Source: Eledone cirrhosa (taxonomy: Eukaryota). From it: a stretch of DNA of 64,000 bases. This document shows positions 37,208-52,427 of the stretch, one piece after another. A program made the position numbers and the translations under genes. Where the stretch lies: the NCBI GenBank assembly GCA_964016885.1, contig OZ024741.1, forward strand, positions 131,564,001-131,628,000, read 5' to 3'. The notes beneath the pieces were generated by a model, which had not been told where the DNA came from, did no database searches, and was given only the letters and a program-made list of their open reading frames with translations. Each line of letters begins with the position of its first letter. Position 1 is the stretch's first letter.

Positions 37208-38995
37208 TTACCTCTCTGCGTCCCGGGAAACGGGCCGCTCAATTTCCATGCTGGGTGGGGATGGGTTGTTGGGTGTGGAAGTGAAGGGGCATCGGTGTGT
37301 TGTGGGGTTGGGGTGTTTGTGGTTGAGTGGGTGTCTGGGGGGGGGGGGGGGGCCACGTCCTCCGTGAAATTTATTTTCAGTGTTTTGTACAAGTTCATTG
37401 GGACTTTTATCATTTTTAAATGAGGTAGTCCCACAGCAGTTATAAAGTTAGGCCCTTCGGTTTGGACCGAAGGGTTTGCTGAAATTGTTTTCCGTAATTC
37501 TTTGTTGTCTGTGTTCATGTATGTATATTGTAAGGTCTTTTTTTGTGTAGCAGTTAGTGTTGTGTGACAGGGAGGGGTGGTTTGTGTGTAGTTTGTGTTC
37601 TCTTGGGGGGGGGGGTTAAAGTTAACATGTGTGTCTGTGGTGCGTCTCCTCTTCTTTCTCTTTACTTGTTGGAAGGGATCTTTTTCGTCTTGCGACGAAA
37701 GGGGTTCGTCTTCCTTGTTGGGTGGGAGGGGTATGTTTTCTGGTAGTGTTTGCGGTGTGTGTGTTTTTGTATTTGTTTTGGGTGGGGAGGGATTGGGTGG
37801 GACAGTATTCTGTGTTATTTTTTCACGTGTTTGTTGTTGTTGTTGTTGTGGAGGTGGTGGTGGTGGTGGTGGGGTTTTGGGTTTTTGTTGTTGTTGTGGT
37901 TGTTTTTGTTGTTGTTGTTGGGGTGGTGTTGGTAGCAGTGTTTTTTTCTGTGTGAGCTGGGGACAGGCAGCCCTCAGGTGACCTCTATTGCCACAGAGGT
38001 AACAGGAGGGACGCCTACCCTCCACAATAATGTTGAGGTGGGTACGGTCATCCAGCATGACGCGCTCAGGGATTTGGGCGATGCGTTCTGGCCTTATTTG
38101 GATCAGAACTTCGATGCTCGTTCCACTGAACGCGTCGCCGGATGCCTTCCCTATTGAAATGAGGTTGTCCTCGTCTAAATTGAGGAAGCCGGTTAGTAAC
38201 CACCAGTAGTTTATGTTTGGGGTGATGGTGGTTATCCATATCCTCTGGGGTTTTTTACCCATGTAGGTGGGGAAGAAGGTGTAGTGTGTGGACCGAATTG
38301 GCGACACGGAGTATTTTTTCGCCGCCAATTCGTCTTTCATCAATATGGATAAACTCCCATAGAGTTTATCCTTTTGTATAAAAGTGATGTCTCTCATCGC
38401 GTCTTTCAAGACTAACTGAATTTCGGCTTGAGATGGTTGCGCTGGTTTTTTTTGTTTTATTTAAAATTGTTCGGAATACGACAGTTCGTGATTCCGTCTG
38501 TTTTTTTAGTTCTGGAGGTGAATGTATAGAAAACGAACCGTTTTCGCCAAAAGATACATATTTCTTGGCTTTTTCCAGCATTTCTTTTGCTTTTGAAATA
38601 TCTTCAAGCACATACGCGACTGATAATTTAGCCGTTTGTGCAAAAGATATTTTGTTTTCGCTTTGGATTTTAGTATTGTTTTGTTTCTCGTCGTTTGAGT
38701 TGTTTTCATCTTTGTTGTTGTTGTTGTCTTTCTCGTTTGGTGTGTGGATACTTGTGACGTTTGTGATGTTGTTGTTTTTGTTGTCTTTATTGTTGCTGTT
38801 GTTGTCGTTGTTGTTGTTGTTTTCAAATTCTTGTGTAGTTGTGGCTACATCTAGTGGTCGGTCAACAGGTGAAGACAATTCTTCCTCTCTCTGACCTCTG
38901 CCTTTGGCATCTGCTGCTGTGACAGTGGCAGGGGGAAGCTGTGAGTATGACTTCCCCTTTCCTTCTTTGATTGATGGTGAAGATGCTTCAGCCAT
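37208..38995 (-). pseudogene. Tx1 ORF1 with CCHC knuckle, frameshifted
   Basis: ORFs 38366..39004 and 37171..38409; CYLCGNRGHLRAAC; Asn-, Gln- and Pro-rich tracts. Confidence 0.85.
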
Positions 38996-39367
38996 TTTCC
39001 TCAAAATAGGGTTTTTCGAAGTTTTTCGAAAGATAAAATGTTCACAATACTATTTCGCCCAAAGGCGCAGAATATTTTGAGAGACCGACCAGATCAAAAT
39101 TTGACCTGGCAGTCCCTCTATGAATTTAAACAAAAACTTACCGAGCGAGCTCAGCACATGTGTCCATCGTAAAGAGTAGTAGATAGATATTAATAGATAG
39201 ATAGATAGATAGATAGAAGAAACTATTTCGGTGCTGTATATTTTTTGTTAATCCGAAGCTGACAAATTTTGAAATTTAAAGTTTTTTTTTTTCTTTCACC
39301 GCTAAAAACGGTGAATGGATGGCGTGGTATGTGATCTATGGTATGTTCTGATTTCAGCGATTGTATC

Positions 39368-39405
<38 letters not shown>

Positions 39406-39420
39406 ACGGGAGGAAACAAT

Positions 39421-39470
39421 AGCACCACTGACGATGTTGCAGATGTGCAACGAAAGAACTTTGATAAACT
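39421..39470 (+). ncRNA. Minimal hammerhead with an extra U after A9
   Basis: CUGACGA-u-gttgca(gatg)tgcaac-GAAA-gaac-UU; stem I partly decayed (cacca/tgata); between (TA)n tracts. Confidence 0.55.
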
Positions 39471-39667
39471 ATATATATGTGTTTGTGTCTATATTGTATC
39501 TGTATTATTTTTGACCGTTGGTCAGTCAATGGCAACATTGAGGACCGAATAAATTAGATTACCGATACAAAAGACAGAGAAGCGAAAAGCGAAAACCAAC
39601 CAAACAGTTGAGTGTGTTCTGTTATTAATTCTGGCAATATTACACAAATATGACCCTCCCCAAGTAT

Positions 39668-39724
<57 letters not shown>

Positions 39725-41288
39725 AAACATCTCAAAACCAAAGCGATATATCGGAGTAACGGGACTCACATTTAAAGACAGGTTTTTACAATAAACATTC
39801 CACCAATAGAGGTGTATATAAGCATATACAATATTCTAATGTAAAATAAACATCCATAAGTATCGTCGTTGATACTTGAAGCTGTTATCATGTCACAGCT
39901 ATCTCAGTAAACGTTTGAGAACATCATATACGAGTATAATAGTTGATATTGAAGGACATCCTTTTCTTTCTGATCTCAAATCCCGTCGAGATCATTACAA
40001 TAAAGTAGGCACGCCTAACCCATTCATCTCTACTTCTCGCAGTATCTATGTTGAGTCCAATCTCCAAGGATACGCTCAGTTCCTTTTGTTTTGAACATTA
40101 TTCTTTTGGAACGCACCCTCTGTACATATCTTTCCTAGGCTTCGACTTGTAACAGTTTATGTGGTAAAACAATATCAATCGTATCGACCTCAAAACATCC
40201 ATAAAAACTGTGAACACTGCCTCTTCCTCCAGACCTAGAAAAAAATAAGTAGTACCGTCGTGGAAATAATCGTGGAAATAATCTTATATTTAAGGCCTCG
40301 TGACTGTTAGAAATTATTGTTATTGTTAATAAATATAATAATATAACTGCTAGTACCATTAACAAGAATAATAACTACAACTCTAATCCTAGTACGATTA
40401 AGCTAATAAGCAGTCCACCATAGACAACGATCAAGCAATGAAACAACGTACAAAGAATGCAAAGAGTTCTTTTTTTTTACCACTTCCGGCATTAGCCATT
40501 TAAACAACACAATCTACAGAGTTTCCGCTTTCGACCTACATTTTTTCTCGTCCATCTTTATTCAGTTTTGACTATCTTTTATACACACATTTATACAAAT
40601 ATATAGAATATTCACGTGCGTGCGGGCGAGCACACACACACACACACACACACAGACACACACACACACACACTGACACACACACAAAAACACACAAATA
40701 TATATATATATGAGTGTGTGTATACATAAATACACTAACACGGTATATTTTCCCAAGTAGAACGAGTACAGACGTGTATGTGAGCGTATGGAAGTGTGTA
40801 TACGTGTGTATATATACAAGAGTGACTACTCTTCTCTATGTATATAGGTGTATGTTTATGGGTGTCTATATAGAAGTGTATGGCGTTCATTGAATGTATT
40901 TGCCACCAAATTAATTCTAGTTTTATAATATAACAGCTCGCTTTCCTTTTCCTTTCTTTTAGTTTGTTTGTTTGTTTGTTTGTTTGTTTGAAATGACCCT
41001 CTGGCCTCAATAATTTTTCTATCTCTGGATTTTACATCAACCCACTTTGTTTCAGTTTCTTAACAACCTCCACTCCCACCACATCTCTCTTCCTCGCTAT
41101 ATATTTTCCTCTATATATCGCTTTCTCCTCATTTGCATATAATAAATTTGTAGTTTCCTCTTAGTATTTCCTTTTCATGTTTTCTCATCAACTAAACCTA
41201 ATTTTTAAAACTTTCTCTCTTCAAATCTTCCGCTTCCTATCTCTCTATCGCGCTTTTTCTTTTTCTGTCGGTATATATATATATAATA

Positions 41289-41369
<81 letters not shown>

Positions 41370-41418
41370 CTCTCTATCTCTCTTTGGCTTTCTCTCACAC
41401 TCTATCTGTCCTCTATCC

Positions 41419-41486
<68 letters not shown>

Positions 41487-41769
41487 CTCTGTTATTCTTT
41501 TCTCTCTCTTGCTCTCTGTCCCTCCTCTCATATCCTCCCAATCTGTCCTTTTAACTCTCTCTATATATATCTCTGCTCTTCTCTCTTTTTATCCTCCCAT
41601 ATCTCACACACGCCCAACATTCTGTCTTTTATAATATTCTCTCTTTCCTGGCACCGTTTCACTGACTCCCATAGCAATCTCTTCCTTTCATTCTCCTTAT
41701 CTCTATTCACGTATCTCATTTATTCCCTCCATTCTTTTTTCCTCTCTCACGTGACTTTCTGTCTTGGCA

Positions 41770-41842
<73 letters not shown>

Positions 41843-41843
41843 T

Positions 41844-41906
<63 letters not shown>

Positions 41907-42119
41907 GTCCGTCTATATGCATATATAACTTTATCATTCGTACTCCGTCTCCGTCTCTTTCTCTGTGAGGTTATTCTACATCTCTACATCAAAATGTCCA
42001 TCATTCTCTAACAAACTAAATATCTTAGTCCTTCATGCATACCAAAAATAAATGCTTGCATCCGATCATTGAGGGACTGTGATCCGCAATTTAAACAAAT
42101 TAGTCTGGTACCTAGACAC

Positions 42120-42295
42120 TAAGATGGATCGTGGTCTGAGACTGAACCACGTTGATTTGGTATTTATTACTGACCACTAGGTGGAATGTGGTCGGTGACT
42201 GAACCACGTTGATCTGGTGTCCATTACTGACAGCCAGGTGGACTGTTATCTGTGACTAAACTACGTTGAGCTGGTATCTATTATTATTGACAGCC
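42120..42295. repeat. 57-bp minisatellite, ~3 diverged units
   Basis: actgaaccacgttga-like motif at 42141, 42198 and 42255. Confidence 0.85.
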
Positions 42296-42300
42296 TAAAC

Positions 42301-42532
42301 AAATTCATACTTATAAACCTACTTTCAACATTTTCAAAACAAAGTGTTGTGGTGTCGTTTATGCCTTTCTGAATGTTATTGCTCCTACTTAAGGTTGACT
42401 TCTAAATCATTTGGGTGTTCCATAAACTTCATCCTCGTTTTGTTTCACATCTATGTAGAATATATTTTAACCTGTAATCCATGTTTCATTTCTGTTGCAC
42501 CTCATTTGACCCCCCCCCCCGTCTCCCTCTCC

Positions 42533-42572
<40 letters not shown>

Positions 42573-42662
42573 GTGATATTTGAATATACTATGATTTGGG
42601 CTTACTTTATTCATATATATATATGTTTTGCATGTCAGATTCAAATTTACAATGATTGGCAT

Positions 42663-42667
<5 letters not shown>
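42301..42667 (+). repeat. Direct repeat of 43124-43447
   Basis: aaattcatacttataaacctactttcaa...tacaatgattggcattatata present twice, each ending at TA repeats. Confidence 0.85.
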
Positions 42668-42693
<26 letters not shown>

Positions 42694-42769
42694 TGTTTGC
42701 TAAGATAATCAAATTAAATTAATTCAACAGTTAAACACACATAGGAATAATAAGGTGGTTACCAAAGGG

Positions 42770-43447
42770 CCAGAAGATTGACAAGTCGGCCCTAAATATT
42801 TCTAATAGCACTAGGAAAGCCATGAACGACACCACATCTTTTTAACTTTGATTTTGAAAGTAGGTTTATAATCATCAATGTTCATTATACTTTTGTAGCT
42901 GCCTCGTTGGCGTAATCATAGACGGTGGTAATCCTGGTCTGAAGTTCGATCCTAGTCGGGAGTAAGGTTCCCAGTAAACCTTTTCAGTTTTTTCTATACG
43001 TTATAAAATAAAAACTGAAAATGGTTACATGTACCTCTTCACCAGGATTGAACTCAAGACCAGGATCTCAAGCGTATCTAGTGCCTCCCGCTAGGCAACA
43101 GAGACAACTACGAAAATGTTATGAAAATTCATACTTATAAACCTACTTTCAAAATTTTCAAAACAAAATCTTGTGGTGTTATTCATATCTGTTTTAATGT
43201 TATTACTCCTACTTAAGATTGACTTCTAAATCATTTGGGTGTCTATAAACGACATCCTCCTTTTGTTTCTCATCTATCTAGACTACATTTTAACCTGTAA
43301 TCTATGTTTCATTTCTGTTGCACCTCATTTGCCCCCCCCCCCCTCCTCTCGCTGTGATATTCGAATCAACTATGATTTGGGCTTATTCCTATATATATGT
43401 TTTTCCATGTCAATTACATTCAAACTTACAATGATTGGCATTATATA
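42770..43447. mobile_element. Foldback with convergent tRNA-like arms plus tail
   Basis: B boxes GTTCGATCC (42944-52, plus) and GTTCAATCC (43045-53, minus), A-box-like motifs, inner stem 42977-43026, outer arms ~42770-43240. Confidence 0.65.
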
Positions 43448-43449
43448 CA

Positions 43450-43937
43450 CTAGCAGAAAAACCACCCTTCGATTGTGGTTTTCTGCTAGCATGTGTAGTG
43501 TGTATATAAATATTATACGCAGGTATATATATATACATGTAGATATGATACATCAAATAAAATCGTAATTGACAATATATAATACATAGAAATTGAATGA
43601 AGACTGCGTTACACTGTCTTATGTAATCAGTAACGTAATCCATGATACATTACAAAAGACGATATTATATATAAACTGCATTAGGAGAAAATTAGTGACG
43701 GAAAATTGGTATGTTTATTTAAGCGATCGCCACAGGAAGTGTTGACATTTCAGAAATTTTTAAGAAGTGAATCTTTAAATAAACAAAATATATTTAATGA
43801 ACAGCCACGAAATTTAGTAGATAAATTATGTAATATTCATTTATTATTTATTAAAAGTAATCCAACTTATTTTACAAACAGGATAATAAAAAAATAAACC
43901 GTACGCAATCCCGCAGACCTTCCTTTATTATAGTAGA
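43450..43937 (-). mobile_element. Non-autonomous Helitron
   Basis: Minus strand A|TCTACTATAATAAAGG ... hairpin-CTAG|T. Confidence 0.7.
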
Positions 43938-43959
43938 TATATATATATATACACAGACA

Positions 43960-45567
<1,608 letters not shown>

Positions 45568-45859
45568 TTATTTTTTTTTTTTTCAAAGAGCTGTCTCACT
45601 TAATGATACAAAATAGTAGGAATTTAATTTTCCGATAAATCTAGTCGGACTAGCGTTTCTAGATCTGTGTCAATTGCATAATAAATATTGAGGCTCTAAA
45701 TTCGATGTTGTCATATTCGTGTTACTTATTATATCATATAAAAATATATATATATATATCAAGCAAAATGTTATTTGTCTTAAAACTGATTTATTTTAGT
45801 CAGTCTAAAATAAATAGAGAAATATATACATATACACTTACATACAGAAACACATACAG

Positions 45860-48800
45860 TATATTGATGATATGCTGGTAGCCAGCACATCCCATGAGGA
45901 GCACAAAAGGCACCTACAATTGTTCTTCGAGCATTTCTCTCAGTTTGGTGTCATCATCAACCGCAGCAAATGCCTTTTCGGTGTTCTTATCTTTGATTTT
46001 CTGGGACACCACATCGACGAACAAGGAATCTGCCCCTTCCACGACAAAGTTAAGTCTATTTTAGATTTTTCCACTCCTACGTCACTGAAGAAAGAGTTCC
46101 TCGGCTTCATAAATGCTTAGCGCCGATTCATTCCTCGCTGTGCAGAGTTTCTCCAGCCGCTAACAGACAACCTACGGCAGTGCAAACGGAAGAATGAACT
46201 TATCACTTTCGATGACGCACAAGCCGCTGCTTTTCTGAGTCAAGCGGGCCTTAGCAGAGGCCACAATGTTGGTTCATCCCAAACCTGACGTACCGCTTTG
46301 TCTGTTCGACAATGCATCGGATGTCGGGGTCTGTCGTGTCTTCCAACAATGTGTAGACGATGCGTGGCAGCCAATTTCTTTCTTCTCTTGGCGACTCAAA
46401 CTGTCCGAAACAAAGTACAAAACATTCGGTCGAGAACTTTTGGCAGTATACCTCAGTGTGAGACATTTCCGGCTCGTGTTAGAAGGTTCTGTGTTTTCTA
46501 TTTTCACGGATCATAAACCTCTCACGAACGATTTATATTCCAAGCCTGACCGCCACTCACCTAGAGAAGTGCGCCAACTCAATTCTATATCCCAGTATAC
46601 TAAGGATATTCGCCACATTAACGGTTCAGACAACTCTGCAGCCGACGCCCTTTCTCGCACACACTTGGGTGCACTGCACACCTCTTTTTCCATCAGCCTG
46701 TGAGACATTGCCACCGTTCAACATACGGTTGTTCTTCTTCCTTGTCTTTCAAACTACCCCCTCTACCTTTTTCTTCTGGTGGTATTTGATGCGGCGATGT
46801 GTCTACAAGTCACGCGCGACCTTATCTACCTATTCAGCATCGACATTCGTTCTTTTCTGCGCTACACAACCTATCACATCCTGGTGCCAACTCTACCCTG
46901 AAGTTAATAACAGCCCGGTTTGTCTGGATTGGTGTGAACAAGGATGTCAGGGAATGAGCCAGACGTTGCGTCCAGTGTCAGAAGCCAAAATTCACGATCA
47001 TGCCAGAACTCCTCTGGGAACCTTCGCAACACTGGATGCACGTTTCCAACACGTACACATAGAAATCATCGGACCACTGGTTCCTTCTCAGGGAGCATTC
47101 ACCTTTTGATCTGTGTGGATAGATTCTCCCGGTGGCCTGAGGCTATTCCTCTTTCCGACACCATAACTGAATCTATTGCCAAGGCGCTAATACAGCATTG
47201 GATTTCGCGTTATCGCACGCCTACTATCACAACGGAGGTGGCCAGTTCGACTCAAATCTTTTTAAAGAATTGAGACGCCTCCTAAGTTGTAGTCGAACAC
47301 GTACAAAAGCTTATCATCTTGTAGCTAACAGTATGGTGGAACGTTTCCATCGGAAATTAAAATCGGTTCTCAGAGCCTATGTCAACAACAGCAACTGGTT
47401 GGAGATCTTACCCCTCATCCTTTTTATAATTCGCTCCACCGTAAAAGAAGGACTTGGTTTTATGCCAGCTGGGCTAGTTTATGGCACGGCATTGGTATTA
47501 CCCGGGCAAACGATTGCCCCTGAGTCTCAACACGCCACAGATCCAATGAACTATATTCACTACGCAAGTTCCATCTGATATACAGCAATGGACACACGTT
47601 TTTGTCAGAAAGGACACTATCAGGGCTCCTTTGCAACCACCATACTCGGGGCCCTATCAAGTACTCAAAGGGATACCCAAGCATTTCATTTTGGACATTA
47701 ATGGAAAGAGAGATGCTCTCACTGTCAGCTAAAAAAAGCGCATATGGATTTGGATGAACCCTCATCATCAGACGAAGTTAACCCAACATCGGTGCTCCCA
47801 TCCACCGTTAATCCGAACTCTATGCCAACAACAAGCACTAGACCCGGTCAACGTGTGTACTGGCCATCTTTCTATGGCCAATATGTCAAGTAACATTCCT
47901 CATCTTATCTACAATTTGTTCATTTTCATTTAATTATTTATTTATTTTATCATTTTTGCGTTATTTTTTTGTTTTTTGTCTTTTGTCGTTTTTTTTTTCT
48001 TCTCTCTTTTGGTCCGAGGTCATTGGTTCTCTTTTTTTGCTAACTTTTCGATTATCGATCGCTACTCCCATTTCGATCTAGGCGGGGAACTAATGTAGCG
48101 AAAGAAATGTTCCCGCGATTCCTCTCACTGATTTGGCCAATAAAAATCGACATTCGACCACACTTAGAGAAAAACATGAACAATCCTGATGCTAGGTTTA
48201 ACGGCACCAAGGAAGGGGAAGATAGCAGAAGGCCATAGGTCAATATAAATAGGCTGTCCTAAAATCAGGGGACAGAGGGAATTTCCTATCACCAAAAGAA
48301 TACGTCACCTTCCCTTGTCACTGGACTTTGTCTACTATCTTCCTGCTACTGTCGCTGCGGATCTACCGTGGACTCTTTCGGCTTCCACCCGCTTTCATGT
48401 CGCTACAGTGCCGGCTGCCTTCCACGCCATACCACCATCAACGAGATCATAAAGCATGGCTTGGATGCTGCAGGCTTTTCCTCCCAGCTAGAACTGGTGG
48501 TGCTGGACCGAGGGGACGGTAGAAGACCAGATGGTATGACCATCTTCCCGTTCCGCGGTAGCAAACCCCTCGTCTGGGATGCCACTTTCAGCGACACATT
48601 CTCCAGCGGCAACCTGGTGCTGACTGCCACTAACCCGGGTTCTGCTGCACTTCAGGCTAAGGAGGGTAAACTCTGCAAGTATCGGTCGCTCTCCGATAGG
48701 TTTGCGGTCGTGCCGCTAGCAATAGAGACTTCAGGTGTCCTTGGCCCTGCCATAAGCGCTAAGTTCGCTAGCCGCAGGTGTGAGCCTCGTGAGATGGAAT

Positions 48801-49256
48801 GGCTCTTCCAGCGCATCTCCTTTACCATCCTCCGGAGAAACGCCTTCTCCATTCTGTCCGCCGGGGCTGTGGGGCGGCCAGCACGTGGGACCGACCCCAT
48901 TTGCTCATATTACAGAGAGGTGGGAAGGGCGATAGAAATAGAGGCGATGACAGTGGAAGTTCGGCTCTTCCGTGTTCGGACACAGTTATCAACTCTATGT
49001 ACCTCGCAACTGTAAGAGCTCCATTATTTTACTCAAATTTTTAGAAGCATCCACTAGCGAACGATAGCCAAATCCATCCCACTCTCTATTTCAGCATATC
49101 AAATTAATAACAAAATCATCTTCAAACTTTATGATTTGTAGTAATCTTATTCTTTGTTCCTTTATTCACTGAAGTGAAGTAAATTTTATATTTAAAGGAA
49201 ACCACTTATTTTGTCGTGTTATTTCATCACTAACAACATTTACTAACTTCGCTTCA
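45860..49256 (+). mobile_element. Gypsy LTR retrotransposon remnant (RT-RNaseH-IN, PPT, 3' LTR)
   Basis: YIDD, RELLAVY, TDHKPL, ADALSR, VDRFSRWPEA; PPT aggcggggaa; LTR 48094 TGTAGCGAA..TTCGCTTCA 49256. Confidence 0.88.
48320..48880 (+). mobile_element. CRE-like RLE retrotransposon fragment inside the Gypsy LTR
   Basis: H.LSC..RH, DGRRPDG, WDAT, K..KY, PLAIETSG, QRIS...R.NA. Confidence 0.8.
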
Positions 49257-49769
49257 CTTCATATATATACCAAGAAAAAGAAACGAACAAACACGAGTAT
49301 GCAATATCATGAAGTGTATTAGTTTCTCGCTTGCAGGAAGAAGAATGGGTCAACGTATCGGGTATTTGCCCTTCAGAAAGAAAACACAAAAAGAGAACTG
49401 CAAATAATAATTTTAAAAATTGCTAAAATAAAATAAAATATATATACATATATACATGTATACATACATTTAGCTTTACTCATACTGTTGACTCACGTAT
49501 TGCATGCTCAGTTGCTTACCTTCCACATTATTTGAAAACCTATGTATATACTTATCTATGTACGTCAATATGTTGGAAAAGGCATGACGCCGGCTTTAAT
49601 GGTAATTGAAAAATTCTAAGAAAATAATGAAAGCAGTAGGAGTTTTTCTTTTACATTATGTTATATGGTTTCATGCGGAACAGGACGTTGACTGTTTTAG
49701 AACATCTAATAGAACATTTTCCGAATATCTAAAGCCGCATAAAATGCGGAGAGAGGCGACGAATCGACA

Positions 49770-49915
49770 GAGGCGTTAGAACTTTGGATAGAATGCTTTG
49801 TGGTATTCGTTTAGACTCTATGCTCTCTGAGTTCAAATCCCGTTAATGACATCTTTGCCTTTCAACCATTCCATAATGTCGATAAACATGTACCAGTTAA
49901 GTACTGAGTCGATTC
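49770..49915 (+). mobile_element. Degenerate SINE
   Basis: GAGTTCAAATCCCG..TTTGCCTTTCA..GTCGATAAA..GTACCAG. Confidence 0.75.
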
Positions 49916-50233
49916 TTCTTTTATATCTCTTTCTCACTCTCTCTATCCTTCTCAGGAAAAGATCTGCTGTATTTAGACTTGGAAAGCAGATGGGCTCCCG
50001 CAGGTTTAAAATTGCCTTAAAAACACCGTTCGTCAATACGGCACCCCAAAGACTCCTTTGGGGGTTACGGAACCATGCATGTATTATGCAGGTATCGATT
50101 ATGTATATGTAATAGCCTAGAGGGAAATGTTGTTGTTATTTCTAGCATGACGAAGGATAAAGTAATATCTCCGTTTGTAGATCAAAGATAGATATCTATT
50201 TTGCTTTTGATTATGTTATGATTATTATCATTT

Positions 50234-50445
50234 GGATTAGCAGAATCGTTAGAGCATCGGACAAAATGCTTTGCAGCATTTAGTGACGGTCCTTTATGTT
50301 CTGAGTTCAAATCCCGCCAGGGTTAGCTTCGCCTTTCGTCATTAAGAGGTCGATAAAAGGAAGTATCGGTAATGCACTGGGATCGATTTAATCGACTCTC
50401 CCTTCCCTTTAAATTACTAGCCTTGGGCCTAAAAGTAGAAACAAA
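50234..50445 (+). mobile_element. Near full-length tRNA-derived SINE
   Basis: TAGCAGAATCGTTAG A-box region, GAGTTCAAATCC B box, core, tcgatttaatcga palindrome, AGAAACA end. Confidence 0.88.
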
Positions 50446-50456
50446 TATATATATAT

Positions 50457-50820
50457 ATAGTATAAAAAAAACGAAAAATCAGTGATGCATCTGGACTCAG
50501 TTTATTGCGTGTTACAATTGTTTCGCCGGCAGGTAGCTCGAGACATGATCACTGTATGGATCTGTCCTTTGGACACGGGCAGTTCGTTCGGAGCAAATGT
50601 TCTCTGAAGGAACCTGCAGCCGTAGAATCAGTCAGATCCATACAAGGACCATGTCTCGAGCTACCTGCCGGCGAAACAATTGTAACACGCAATAAACTGA
50701 ATCCAGATGCATCACTGATTTTTCGTTTTTTTATACTATCCACACTCTGCTCTGTATGAATATTGAGTGCTAATTTTGGCATACCGCCTATCGAAGCACC
50801 ATAGCTACCATTATACACAA

Positions 50821-50821
<1 letters not shown>
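50457..50821 (+). mobile_element. Foldback + tail element in (TA)n with a hammerhead 3' half
   Basis: Arms 50457-50564 and 50633-50739, ~68-nt spacer, 82-bp tail; GAAA-caattg-UA in the arms. Confidence 0.8.
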
Positions 50822-50858
<37 letters not shown>

Positions 50859-51867
50859 GTTTATCCCGAGTTCAATCGGGCGTAACCACAGTAAGTAAGG
50901 TACTCAATACATAGCAGAGTATAAATATTTCTACCGAATGAAACAGTCCTGGTCCTGTAGAAGCCATTTCTACATTATATATATATATATATATAAATAA
51001 AGATTCAGCGAGAATCGCATTTTCGGCGGGCAGGAAAAGCGAAGCGAAACGCAAAAATCAGAAATGATACTGGCAAAGTGCTCAATAGTTAAAAACCAGA
51101 GCTAAACAATGTGTTAAGAAGCCATACAAAACTGAAAAGGTGGTCAAGAAAGCATTAACCACCCAAGCCAAAAACCAAATCAAGCTAAACAGGTCAATTT
51201 AAAATAAATGATAAAAAATAAGTGATAACCAGACCTGGACTCCCGGAATTGCTGCTAAAATCCGATGTAGAGTTTGTGTGACACCTAAATCAAAATACAG
51301 TCTGCTTAAAAATATAAGCTTTGTGTATAACGATCGAACAAGGAATATCACGTTATCAACAGGTATTTCGCTCTGTACCAAATAAGTGAATGACACGGTG
51401 GTAAGTTAAACCACGTGTGGAAATCAAAAGGGGAATAACCCCAGATTTTGGCAAAGTAATTCACTTGGTGTAAATCATGCTAAAAATAGCATAAATAGCA
51501 CAAATCGAATAAGTTCTCAACCGAGTAGTTTAAAATAAACTTATACAATTAACCTGTCAATAGAAATTATTAACAAGTTAATTGTAAAACACGGGAGATT
51601 AATATATATATTTGAAAAAACAACAGAATTGGGAAATGTTTTCCTTCATGAAGGTTTTGATATGGTTTAGAGGCGAAAGTAAAGTGACCATGGACTGAAG
51701 CACCATGCAGGATTAGAAACCCTATCACTGACGTCGTCTTGCAAATATTATTTGGCTTTTGTTCAAGAGTGCTCTCTCTTCTCAAACTGAAGCAATGAAT
51801 ATTAACTATGGTTCGATATTAACATACATTGTGTGTATAAATAATTTTACATTATAAACACACACAG

Positions 51868-51974
<107 letters not shown>

Positions 51975-52344
51975 GACAGGGGGTGCTTATGTTCTATATG
52001 GATGAGATGATTGAGAGTCAAGTACTGTCCCCTCCCCTTTTCATCCCCCACCTACTGAAACATAGAGGTCTATAATGAAAATTATTACAGTTTGTCTCTC
52101 CCACACCAACACATTCACACACACACGCATATACATACATACTTACATATAGTGTGTTTATATATATATATACATACATATGTATATAATTATATAACAT
52201 ATATACACATATATATGTATATAATTATATATTGTACATATACATGTATATGCATATAATTATATTATCTCTATATATATATATATACACACATATATAC
52301 ATATATATATATATAATTATATATATATATATACATACATATAA

Positions 52345-52427
<83 letters not shown>

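Larger units (their letters stand above)
33482..39186 (-). mobile_element. Full-length Tx1-clade LINE (different subfamily) in (AGAT)n
   Basis: 5' UTR, ORF1, ORF2, 3' UTR with AATAAA; candidate 17-bp TSD atattaatagatagata at 33465-33481 and 39187-39203. Confidence 0.95.

Noticed and set aside
41177-42011. Long YI/SL ORFs, and similar ones elsewhere
   Set aside because: Stop-free (TA)n/(TC)n/(CA)n microsatellites.
42120-42295. CRISPR-like periodic repeat
   Set aside because: The whole 57-bp unit is repeated, there are no unique spacers, and the context is eukaryotic.
42895-43110. Functional tRNA genes
   Set aside because: Only box motifs are visible; no complete cloverleaf could be folded.
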